DNA from: Bryobacterales bacterium
Lineage (GTDB): Bacteria; Acidobacteriota; Terriglobia; Bryobacterales; UBA6623
Direction of reading: 5' to 3'
Length of the DNA stretch: 64,000 nt
NCBI GenBank assembly: GCA_965219585.1
Contig: CBDCOA010000003.1
Span: 1,233,375-1,297,374 of the forward strand
Numbering within the stretch: position 1 is the first letter of the stretch; every line of letters starts with the position of its first letter. A program made the position numbers and the translations under genes. Below are positions 19,379 to 27,597 of this stretch, piece by piece. The notes under the pieces were generated by a model that searched no databases, had not been told where the DNA came from, and saw only the letters and a program-made list of their open reading frames with translations.

Positions 19379-20707
19379 CTACGGCTTTCGCAGCCGGGGA
19401 ATCCCAAACTGGCGAAGCGTCCCGTCCAAGGTTGGCGGGTGCAGGCGGATGCGCTCGTCATTCAACAGGTACGAGAACACGTAACCCATGCCAAGGATCA
19501 ACACCCCGACCAAGAAGCAGTAAATGATGAAGCGATCCGGATACTGATCCCGCAGATAGCCCATGTACAGCGGGCCGAATATTCCGGCAGCCGACCAAGC
19601 GGTCAGGATCGTCCCGTAGATCGCCGACATCCGCTTGGAACCGAAGACGTCCGAGACGAAGGATGGCATGGTCGCGAACCCTCCGCCGAAGCACAGCAGG
19701 ATATAGCAAACCAGCGCCGCGAAGATCCACGGATCCCTCTCCGACATCAGCACGCCAAAGACCACCATTTGGCTAGCGAGCAGGATCCGGAACACTCGAG
19801 TGCGCCCGAAGCGGTCCGAGAGGGACGCCCAGAACAGCCTGCCCACGCCGTTGAACAAAGAGCTGACGGCGATCAATGTCGCTCCGTACTGCGCGAGCGT
19901 TTCTGGTTCCGCCAGGGGATCGCCGAGCCTCCAGACATCTTGGAATAGCTGGGACTGCACGCTGATGACAGAGATCCCGGCAGAGATGTTGAAAAAGAAG
20001 ACCAGCCACATGATCAAGAACTTCGAGGAGTACAGGCTGGCCGAAATTGAGTCAGGATCACCCTCCTGGCGGGCATCGGTTGTGATCGCCTTGGCCGCGG
20101 GTGACGGCTCCGGACCCTTCGGGGGATCGGTCAGGATCAGACTGCTGGGGATCAAGACGCAGCCGAAGATGATCCCCAGCCATGTAAACACCATTGCCAG
20201 GTCCCCGTCCGTGAGCGTGACCAAGTACGGCGCAAGTCCTTTGCTGAGCACCGACGCGCCAAGCCCGAACCCCATGATGACCGTGCCCGTTACCAGCCCC
20301 TTGCGCTCGGGAAACCACTTGGCCGCCGTGGCCACCGGGGTCACGTATCCCAGTCCGATGCCTGCACCGCCGACGCAGCCGTATCCGAGGTAGAACAGAG
20401 CCATCGACTCGATCTCCAGTGCGGTACCTGCCGCGACATAGCCGCCCGCAAACATAGCGCTGCCCAAGGTGGCGAGCTTGCGGGGCCCGAACCGGGGCAG
20501 AGCTCGACCGGCCCAAGCCGCTGCGATGCCTAGCGAGAAAATCGTGATGCTGAAGGCATAGGCCGTCTGGATGTAGGTCCAGCCAAGTTGACTGACTAGG
20601 AGCGACTGAAAGAAGCTCCAGGCGTAGACTGTCCCCAGGCAGAGTTGCAGCAGCGTGCATACGACGACGATCAGATGACGCCGCCCAATCAATCCGGGTA
20701 GGCTCAT
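19379..20707 (-). CDS. MFS transporter, oxalate/formate-antiporter-like (OFA) family
   Basis: 442 aa with about 12 hydrophobic spans. N-terminal LGTVYAWSFF block is typical of OFA-family MFS proteins. Has a 4-nt start/stop overlap with the upstream gene. Confidence 0.8.
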   Translation of the reverse strand: MSLPGLIGRRHLIVVVCTLLQLCLGTVYAWSFFQSLLVSQLGWTYIQTAYAFSITIFSLGIAAAWAGRALPRFGPRKLATLGSAMFAGGYVAAGTALEIESMALFYLGYGCVGGAGIGLGYVTPVATAAKWFPERKGLVTGTVIMGFGLGASVLSKGLAPYLVTLTDGDLAMVFTWLGIIFGCVLIPSSLILTDPPKGPEPSPAAKAITTDARQEGDPDSISASLYSSKFLIMWLVFFFNISAGISVISVQSQLFQDVWRLGDPLAEPETLAQYGATLIAVSSLFNGVGRLFWASLSDRFGRTRVFRILLASQMVVFGVLMSERDPWIFAALVCYILLCFGGGFATMPSFVSDVFGSKRMSAIYGTILTAWSAAGIFGPLYMGYLRDQYPDRFIIYCFLVGVLILGMGYVFSYLLNDERIRLHPPTLDGTLRQFGIPRLRKP

Positions 20708-21483
20708 CCGCTGAGCGCTCCAGACATGTCAGGATCTGGCCGAGCGGCAGTCGCTCGCTCGATCCTGTTCGGGTCCTTGGCTTCCGAGAAATACAGGAAG
20801 AGCCTGGCGAGATGGCCGACTTCGTCGTCCCGCGCCAGCAAGGTCTCGCTGCGGTCGTCGCCATCAGCTTGACCGCCGGCCAGCCTGACGGCGTAGGAAA
20901 GAAGCTGCGCGATCGGTTTCGCGGCCAGTCCCATGAGCCAGATGGCGACGAATATGCCCCCGACGAAAATCGACGTGATCAGGTACACCTGCTGGCCGAT
21001 CGCACCCTGGATCCTCAGTGACAGCAAGCCCATGTCCATGCCCACGTGCACGTTCCCAGAGATTCCCGCCAAGATCGGGCTGCTCACTTCTACGAAGTCC
21101 CCGATCCCGGGAAGCCTCCGCTCCACCGTCTCGGTGCTACCCGTGTAGCCGGTCCTGATTTGCTCCGGGATCCCGGGCACGAACGTGTGGGCGAGGAACT
21201 CGCCGGACTCGTCGGTGATGTAGATATAGCTGATTCCTTGGATTTCGACGAACTGGTCGATGAGGGACTGCAGCACCGACAGGTCGCGGTTGAGGATGAT
21301 ATCCACGCTGGCGTCCGCGATCGTCTTCGCAATGCCCTTGCTGTTGGCCTCGTACTCCCGCGACAGATAGCCGTCGACTGTCCTTATGCAAAGTACTGAG
21401 GTCGCAACCCCGATCATCCCGAACAGGAAGAAGATCCCGAACAGGGTCTTCTGGAACAGTCTCTGGAGGCTCATCTCAGGCAA
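20704..21483 (-). CDS. membrane sensor-like protein: periplasmic Cache-like domain plus HAMP-like linker, no output domain
   Basis: 259 aa: TM1 (LFGIFFLFGMIGVATSVL), a ~150-aa extracytoplasmic domain, TM2 (VYLITSIFVGGIFVAIWLMGL), then AKPIAQL...DEVGHLARLF (HAMP-like), then the stop. Overlaps both neighbours (8 nt and 4 nt). Confidence 0.6.
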   Translation of the reverse strand: MPEMSLQRLFQKTLFGIFFLFGMIGVATSVLCIRTVDGYLSREYEANSKGIAKTIADASVDIILNRDLSVLQSLIDQFVEIQGISYIYITDESGEFLAHTFVPGIPEQIRTGYTGSTETVERRLPGIGDFVEVSSPILAGISGNVHVGMDMGLLSLRIQGAIGQQVYLITSIFVGGIFVAIWLMGLAAKPIAQLLSYAVRLAGGQADGDDRSETLLARDDEVGHLARLFLYFSEAKDPNRIERATAARPDPDMSGALSG

Positions 21484-22744
21484 ACCTGCGCTTCCAATCG
21501 TCCAAGGGAACGAAACGTCCCGCGTCGACGATCGTGTAGTAGACGCTCTGCAGGCCTTGCCTGCGGTCCGGGCCGAACGATACCAACTCCCCGATTCCGA
21601 GGTCGTAGTCTTGGATCTGGAATACTGCGCTTTCCAGATTTGCTCGATCGGGGTTCTCGCCGAGCACGTCGAGGATCTTCACCATCATCTTCGCGTCGAG
21701 GAAGCCCTCCAGGCTGACGAAGCTCTGGGGAAGAGCGCTGTAGCTCTGCTCGAGCAGGTCTTGCGGGGGATCCGGGTTGTGCCGCAACATCAGCCGGCGG
21801 TACTCCTGGATGGCGGGAATCCGGACATCCTCGTAGCTGGGGACAACCTGCGAGTTGACCAGCAGGTCGGTGTAGCGGTCTCTGTCCGGGCGGGATCGGG
21901 TTATCAGCTGCAACAGGCTCTCGCTCCCCACGAAGGAGAGGTTGGCGACTGGAACGCTCAACCCTAAATCGACCGCGTCCCGCAAGAAGGCGGCGCAGGC
22001 CGCATAGGCCCCGATGCAGATCACCGCGTCGGGATTCGCAGCCTTCAGAATCTCAACCTGCCGACCCATGCTGCTTTCGAACCTCTGGCCCCGGCGATAG
22101 GTGGCTTCCGCAACGATCTTCTCCCCGTGCTCTCTCAGCGCCCTCCTGACACCTTCCCAGCCACTGCGGCCGTAGGCGTCGGCCTGATAGAACACGGCGA
22201 TCCGCTTCCTGCCGATCGAGACGAAATTGTCTACGAGGCCAGCAGTTTCTTGCCTATAGGACGCGCGCAGGTTAAATGCGAAGTCGCCGTAGGGCGGTTC
22301 CCGTTGGGTCTGCGCTCCGGTGAACGGAAAGAACAGGTATACGGTCTGATCTTGGAACTTCTTCAGCATGGGGAGGACGCGCGTCACCGTAGGCGTGCCA
22401 ACATAGCCGAACAGGGCGAACACCCGGTCTTCCAGCATCAGTGTCATCGTGTTTTGCACCGACGGATCTGGCTGGTACCCATCGTCATAGGTCTTGAGCA
22501 CGATCTTTCGGCCGTGAACGCCCCCAGCGCTGTTGACGTGCTCGAAGTACGCGCTGGCCCCTCGGTACAGCTCGATCCCGAGACCCCTGGAAGGGCCCGA
22601 GAACGCGGCCGACATGCCGAGAACGATTCGCTGGCCGTCCACGCCACTATCGCTTGCGGCCTTGCTTGTAGTTGTTGTCATCGGTGCCATGAAGACTCCT
22701 CCCAGCGCCGATCGGATTGCGCCGCGCCTTGTCGTATGGAACAT
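21476..22744 (-). CDS. periplasmic binding protein, type-1 fold (Leu/Ile/Val-binding-protein family)
   Basis: 422 aa with a signal-like N-terminus. The overall pattern (VLGMSAAFSGP...G.......G......N..GG..GRKI.L...DD.Y.P) is typical of LivJ-like PBP1 proteins. Confidence 0.8.
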   Translation of the reverse strand: MFHTTRRGAIRSALGGVFMAPMTTTTSKAASDSGVDGQRIVLGMSAAFSGPSRGLGIELYRGASAYFEHVNSAGGVHGRKIVLKTYDDGYQPDPSVQNTMTLMLEDRVFALFGYVGTPTVTRVLPMLKKFQDQTVYLFFPFTGAQTQREPPYGDFAFNLRASYRQETAGLVDNFVSIGRKRIAVFYQADAYGRSGWEGVRRALREHGEKIVAEATYRRGQRFESSMGRQVEILKAANPDAVICIGAYAACAAFLRDAVDLGLSVPVANLSFVGSESLLQLITRSRPDRDRYTDLLVNSQVVPSYEDVRIPAIQEYRRLMLRHNPDPPQDLLEQSYSALPQSFVSLEGFLDAKMMVKILDVLGENPDRANLESAVFQIQDYDLGIGELVSFGPDRRQGLQSVYYTIVDAGRFVPLDDWKRRFA

Positions 22745-23380
22745 GAGAGCTACCCGGAAGTGTGCTGCCCATGGAAGCCGTCTCTGGCCGAGACAGTCGA
22801 GAATTGCGTTCGGTCGAGGCCGCCGCCGCCCGCACCTGATGTGACCAATGGAGTCCGACGAAGGATGCTCTGCGATCTTGCTCGCACCGGTCTGACCCGT
22901 CGCCCGCTGACAAGCTCAAGTCTGGACCGGCTCTCCTTGAGGAGACACCCCGTTCGCGCCGCCCAGAGCGCGATACTAACGGTCATATCCCTTGCCTGCC
23001 TCGAACCATCGAGAACACTCGCGCTCCCCCATATTGCATTATCAAACAGCAATCGGCCCCGCCGATACGATCCGCTCGCGAAGGGCGCGACTGAATCTTG
23101 GCACACATCAACCCTTCCACATACGGCCGGCAGGTGCCGATCCCGAATGGTTGCGGACAACACTGCCAAAGGCCCTGCGAACGGTGCTGCCCAGATCGCC
23201 GACAGTAGCGATGGAACTTCGGAGCCGGAATCCGACTGCGTCAAGGCTGCTGTACAGCAGTGTTCACCCAATATTGCAGCACAGCTAGGTCATGTTTGAC
23301 ATTGTCGTTCGTAACTCATTCGTTTTACGGGGTTGCGAATTGGCGTTGTTACCTAGACCCCCGCTGTATTCCTTTCGGGC

Positions 23381-23420
23381 ACCGGGACACCGGGACTCCG
23401 GGACTTGACAGGTTGACAAT
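23381..23420 (+). repeat. five 8-bp-phased short repeats (3x CCGGGAC-type, 2x TTGACA-type)
   Basis: The sequence reads accgggac accgggac tccgggac ttgacagg ttgacaat, immediately upstream of the first ATG of the decayed transposase region. Confidence 0.6.
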
Positions 23421-23639
23421 CGCTCCTCCAGGCATGGCTTCGATCCGTCCTCGCGCCGCTTCAGTGGATCGTGCTTGTGCAATCTTCCGGCGCTCACGGC
23501 GCTTCCAGATTCGCTCCGAGCGCCCGCAGCACTTGCGACCCCTCGCTGCCTTGGCCGCCGTTGACACACTCCCGCGCCTTGCGCTGGCCGCCCGGCAACT
23601 CGAGCTCCACTAAGCTGCCCGTCTACAGCGCGCCCCAGA

Positions 23640-24235
23640 CACCCGCGGATTGAGCAGATCCAGCCCGGCCGCCGCCAGCTTTCGCTAGAGTCGATGACGC
23701 TGGAGGAGCTGCTGGACGATCTGCCGACGGTCTGCGACACAGGCGTGGAGCGCAATTCGAGAGTGCATCAGGAGAGCGATCCGAGTTGCACATTGACACG
23801 ATCACCGGGGGACTCCCGGCAAGTTGCCTGCTGACCCCGGATTCGCTGCATGACAGCCAGCGGGCGATCCGACTGGCGCAGTTTACGGCAGGCAGGTGGA
23901 GAGCCCGTAAGAGCTGATGGACCGCGCCTACGATGCGGACGAAATCCGGCCCTGCAGCCTCCAGCTGGGGTACCTGCCACTGATCGACAACAACCCGCGG
24001 CGGGTTGCGCAGAAACAGTCGGAGTTGTAGCGCGAGGCGCTGGCCCAGCGCGGCATTGGACAGCTGCCGCCGCAGATGCGCCGTTACCGCGACTGCTCGC
24101 CAGTGGAGCGGGTAATCGGGCGGCTCGAAGACGAGTTCGGAGGGCGGCCCGTGCGCGTGCGCGGACACGCCAAGTTGCCCTGGCACCTAATGTTTCGGCA
24201 TCGTGGCGCTGACAGTCGACCAGTAACCGCGCCTG
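23640..24235 (+). pseudogene. decayed IS4/IS5-type (DDE_Tnp_1-like) transposase
   Basis: Transposase-like peptides sit in three different frames separated by stops: LHIDTITGGLPASCLLTPDSLHDSQRAI; LMDRAYDADEIR...LPLIDNNPRR; YRDCSPVERVIGRLEDEFGGRPVRVRGHAK. The 5' extent (possibly from 23434) is uncertain. Confidence 0.65.
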
Positions 24236-24455
24236 ACGCTGTGCGTGCAGCGTCGGCCGGCGGGCAAGGATCGCGGGGCCCGGAATGGCAGGGAAAAGGG
24301 AGCTGCGCCTAGCTCTGGAAGTGGCCCAGCCGAATTCGCTCAACTATAAGCGTTGTTTATCGTGATTACCGTATCTATTGCCACTGATGATCAGTGACGG
24401 CATGAAACTCATGTCGGGAACTCGCTTCTGGCAGGCCAGCGGGCAATCTGGAATT

Positions 24456-24485
24456 TTGCAGAAGCACCATACGCTAGACTATAAT
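24456..24485 (+). promoter_or_regulatory. possible promoter of tRNA-Leu (-35 TTGCAG, 18-nt spacer, -10 TATAAT)
   Basis: TATAAT at 24480-24485 and TTGCAG at 24456-24461, about 85 nt upstream of the tRNA. Confidence 0.3.
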
Positions 24486-24569
24486 ATCGCTTTGCGCACG
24501 CCCCCTGCGATGGTCCGGCTAGCTCCGTAACGCGCACTGTGCAGGCTCTATCGGACCCCTAATCAAGAT

Positions 24570-24658
24570 GCTGGAGTGGCGGAATTGGCAGACGCACTGG
24601 ACTCAAAATCCAGCGCCCCTTACCGGGCGTGAGGGTTCGACCCCCTCCTCCAGCACCA
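24570..24658 (+). tRNA. tRNA-Leu (anticodon CAA), type II with long variable arm, CCA encoded
   Basis: Folded by hand. Acceptor GCTGGAG / CTCCAGC, anticodon stem CTGGA/TCCAG with loop CTCAAAA, long variable arm, T-arm GAGGG-TTCGACC-CCCTC, discriminator A plus CCA. Confidence 0.9.
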
Positions 24659-26043
24659 TGCCACCAATCTCACGCAGCAGCACAATCGCGCTCGGCAATT
24701 GCGGCTGGCCAGCATGGACACACCGCGCCTCCATCGGAATCGTGCTCTTCACGCTGGCCGTCGCCGTGGCACAGGCCCAGAGCAACGCTCCGGCGGAGCC
24801 AAGATACACGCTCCGCCACGGCATCGGCGACGACATGCCGGATTGGCTGTCGCTCGGCGGAGAGTTTCGCGTCCGCGTCGAGGGCCGCAGTGGTTTGGGA
24901 TTCTCTGCTGACAGAAACGATGACTACAGCTTGTGGCGGGTGCGCGTCGACATCGGCATCCAACCGGTCGATTGGCTGAAGTTCGGGTTTCAGGGGCAAG
25001 ATGCGCGGGCGCCCGGGATCCGGGACAGCGTCCCCAACATCGGCGCATTCAGCGACGGATTCGACGTGCGCCAAGCGTACACCCAGCTAGGCCGCGACGA
25101 TTCGCCGGTAACTGTCACGGTCGGGCGGCAGCTGTTGGCTTACGGTGACCAGCGCCTGGTGGGGGCCCTTGACTGGGCCAACACGGCAAGGGTGTTCGAT
25201 GCCGTCAAGGTCCGCATTCGACGGCCGGGTTCCGAACTCGATATCTTTTCCGCATCGGTGGTTCAGAACGACCCGGGCCGCAGAATCAACCAATCTGCGG
25301 AAGGCAACAACCTGCACGGCGTCTATGGGTCCTTCAAGAGATTGATCCCGAACGCGATCTTGGAACCGTACGCCCTGTGGCAGACCACCCCGTTGGCCAC
25401 TAACGAACTCAACATTCGCGGCGACCTAGACAGATACACGGCAGGCATGCGGGTTTGGAACGATGATTTGGGGCCGTGGGACTACAATGGCGCGTTTGTT
25501 CGTCAGTGGGGCAACCTAGCCGGGGCCCCGATCGAGGCGTGGGGCTACTACGCCGAAGTCGGCCACACGCTCGACGCCTCGCTGTCGCCGCGCCTGTTCG
25601 CGGAATACACGTTCGGGTCGGGCGACGAGGATCCCGCCGACGGCAAGGTCGGCGGATTCGTGGATGTGTACCCGACGGCGCACCGCTGGTACGGCTACAA
25701 CGATCTCGTCGGGTGGCGCAATGTCAAGAACATCCGGCTCGGCACAGAATTGTGGCCCAGCCCCGAGGTCCGGCTGCAGTTCGACTATCACTCCTTTTGG
25801 CTTGCCAGCAGGCGCGATGCCCTTTACAATGTCGGCGGGCGGCTGTCAGTGAGGGCACCGGAGGGAGGCGCGGCCGAGACGAAGATCGGTGACGAAGTGA
25901 ACGCTACCCTAGCCTATGATCCGAGCAAGGTGTTTGGCATCGAGGTTGTAGCGGGTTACATGTTTCCGGGCCCGTTCCTGAAAGCCAACAGCCCCGGGCA
26001 CGGCAATGCCTTCACCTACCTTTCGTTCATCTACAGGTTCTGA
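24658..26043 (+). CDS. outer-membrane porin, alginate-export-like family
   Basis: Signal peptide ...IVLFTLAVAVAQAQS, alternating beta-strand pattern and C-terminal ...YLSFIYRF. The block WLSLGGEFRVRVE...D.....WRVR resembles the alginate-export family as I remember it. The start is uncertain: the first ATG shares one base with the tRNA CCA end, and a downstream GTG is possible. Confidence 0.6.
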   Translation: MPPISRSSTIALGNCGWPAWTHRASIGIVLFTLAVAVAQAQSNAPAEPRYTLRHGIGDDMPDWLSLGGEFRVRVEGRSGLGFSADRNDDYSLWRVRVDIGIQPVDWLKFGFQGQDARAPGIRDSVPNIGAFSDGFDVRQAYTQLGRDDSPVTVTVGRQLLAYGDQRLVGALDWANTARVFDAVKVRIRRPGSELDIFSASVVQNDPGRRINQSAEGNNLHGVYGSFKRLIPNAILEPYALWQTTPLATNELNIRGDLDRYTAGMRVWNDDLGPWDYNGAFVRQWGNLAGAPIEAWGYYAEVGHTLDASLSPRLFAEYTFGSGDEDPADGKVGGFVDVYPTAHRWYGYNDLVGWRNVKNIRLGTELWPSPEVRLQFDYHSFWLASRRDALYNVGGRLSVRAPEGGAAETKIGDEVNATLAYDPSKVFGIEVVAGYMFPGPFLKANSPGHGNAFTYLSFIYRF

Positions 26044-26225
26044 TTTCGTGGCAACCTCCCCAGGCAGCCTCGCGGCGAGTCAAGTCCCACGTCAGCATGT
26101 CAGCATTGATGGAACAGGCTAGTGGTATGCTAGGGACTCACAAATTGGTAGGCTGTTCGGCAGGCGGCGCTCTTGGTGCGTTAGCATGGGTGGGCGGACG
26201 GTGTCAGGCGCAGGAGTGCTAAGAG

Positions 26226-26564
26226 ATGGAACTTGACTTTGAGCGAACGGATGGCTTGGTGGTCATCAACGGCTGTACGCGAATCGATGGCAGCAACGCC
26301 CGAGATTTCGAGAAGGCGCTCCGTGACATTGTTCAGGACGACGACCGCGCGCTGTTGCTTGACTTTGAACCGCTTACATATATCAGCAGTGCCGGATTGC
26401 GTGCGATTCTGCTGACCGCCAAGAACCTCCAGAAGCGCGATGCCGGATTCGGCATCTGCAAACTCGCGCCACCGATCCGCGAGGTCTTCGCGATCAGCGG
26501 CTTTGACAAGATCATCGCGACCTACGAAACCAAGGACGAGGCAATAGCGGCGCTCACGGGCTAG
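26226..26564 (+). CDS. STAS-domain anti-sigma-factor antagonist
   Basis: 112 aa with LDFEPLTYISSAGLRAIL (phosphorylatable Ser context) and the ...FAISGFDKI...Y....EA ending typical of SpoIIAA/RsbV-like proteins. Confidence 0.85.
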   Translation: MELDFERTDGLVVINGCTRIDGSNARDFEKALRDIVQDDDRALLLDFEPLTYISSAGLRAILLTAKNLQKRDAGFGICKLAPPIREVFAISGFDKIIATYETKDEAIAALTG

Positions 26565-26790
26565 AGTTCGGCTAGCTCAAGCAAACTGCCGTCTGCGTCC
26601 TCGGTACGAACTCCGCGGTTGGCTTGGCGCTAGATCCCGTACAGACTGGTACGATCCCGTCGCTCCAGACTGAGGAGCGCTGCTGATTCCCTTGCCGTCC
26701 GCTTGACACGCCTGCCTCGCTTGCGGGTATGGCTGCACTCGCAGAGGGAGCATCGGTCCGAGTTCGGCCAGGCCATTAGGCCTTATATTC

Positions 26791-26825
26791 GAGAGTGCTC
26801 AGAAACGAAATCTGGCGGGAACGTT
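26791..26825 (+). repeat. left inverted repeat of the IS1595-type unit
   Basis: GAGAGTGCTCAGAAACGAAATCTGGCGGGAACGTT. Confidence 0.75.
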
Positions 26826-26854
26826 CCACTATCGACCGTACCCACAACGACCTC

Positions 26855-27380
26855 ATGAGTGCTTACGAAACGGCACGAAACCATACGACGATGGGATCCG
26901 GACGGAGGGACCACAAGTCCCTCACGATCATCGAGCTGCTGCGCAAGTTCCCGGACGATGTAGCGGCGGAAAGGTGGATCGAGTGGATTCAAGGTGACTG
27001 CCAAGCCAGTTCCTTCCACCGATACCAAGACCCAGGGAGGATTCGTGCGGGATTCGGTGGAGCCGGGCTCCGCAGTGTAAGCCGAGGGATCCGGCCCCTA
27101 CGGGTATCTGCGGGAGTACACCCATGAGGCGGTGAATCTCAGCGCGCGCGAGTACGTGCGCGACGCGGTTCACACGAGCAACATGGAGGGCTTCTGGTTG
27201 CTGTTCGAGTGCGGCTACTGCGGCATCCATCACTCGATGACAACCAAGCACCTGCATCGGTACCTGAACAAGTTCAGCGGACGCGCCGGGATCTGCAGCA
27301 TAGATACCATGGAGCAGATGGAGTGCATGATTCGGAGGATGGTCGGCAAGACGCTTACGAACAAGAGGCTGACCGTATGA
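26855..27380 (+). pseudogene. IS1595-family (ISXO2-like) transposase, internally deleted and interrupted
   Basis: The N-terminal piece SLTIIELLRKFPDDVAAERWIEWI jumps frame into a late-DDE-domain piece VTAKPVPSTDTKTQGGFVRDSVEPGSAV*AEGSGPYGYLREYTHEAVNLSAREYVRDAVHTSNMEGFW...KHLHRYLNKFSGR. There is an in-frame TAA at 27078-27080. The zinc-ribbon and most of the catalytic core are missing. Confidence 0.7.
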
Positions 27381-27597
27381 GCAGGCAGGAAAGCGACCGT
27401 CTGGGCCGGCCGGAGACCTGTGTGTTGAAGATTAGCCTCGCCACCGAGGAGACCGTCCGGCGCATGTTCGCCTCCGGGTTGCCACTCAAGAAACGGAAGG
27501 GGACTTCATCGAAGCCTGACGAGCCAGTCCGGGCCAGCGACTGGGGCCATGCTGGCACGGCGGGTACCGATGATCGTGGGCTCCGCTGAACGCGCCC

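Noticed and set aside
23423-23434. ctcctccaggca resembles the tRNA-Leu 3' end (ctcctccagca), a possible att-type repeat
   Set aside because: It has only about 9 contiguous matching nt. It lies upstream of the tRNA, the wrong side for an island integrated at the 3' end, and sits inside the IS remnant. It is most likely chance.
23329-24350. Possible terminal inverted repeats of the IS4-like remnant (ggggttgcgaattgg vs reverse complement of ccgaattcgctcaac)
   Set aside because: The match needs two indels over about 15 nt, which is too weak to define element ends by eye.
24568-24657. N-terminal extension of the porin ORF (MLEWRNWQTHW...)
   Set aside because: This stretch is the tRNA-Leu gene read as protein. 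The real start must be at or after 24658.
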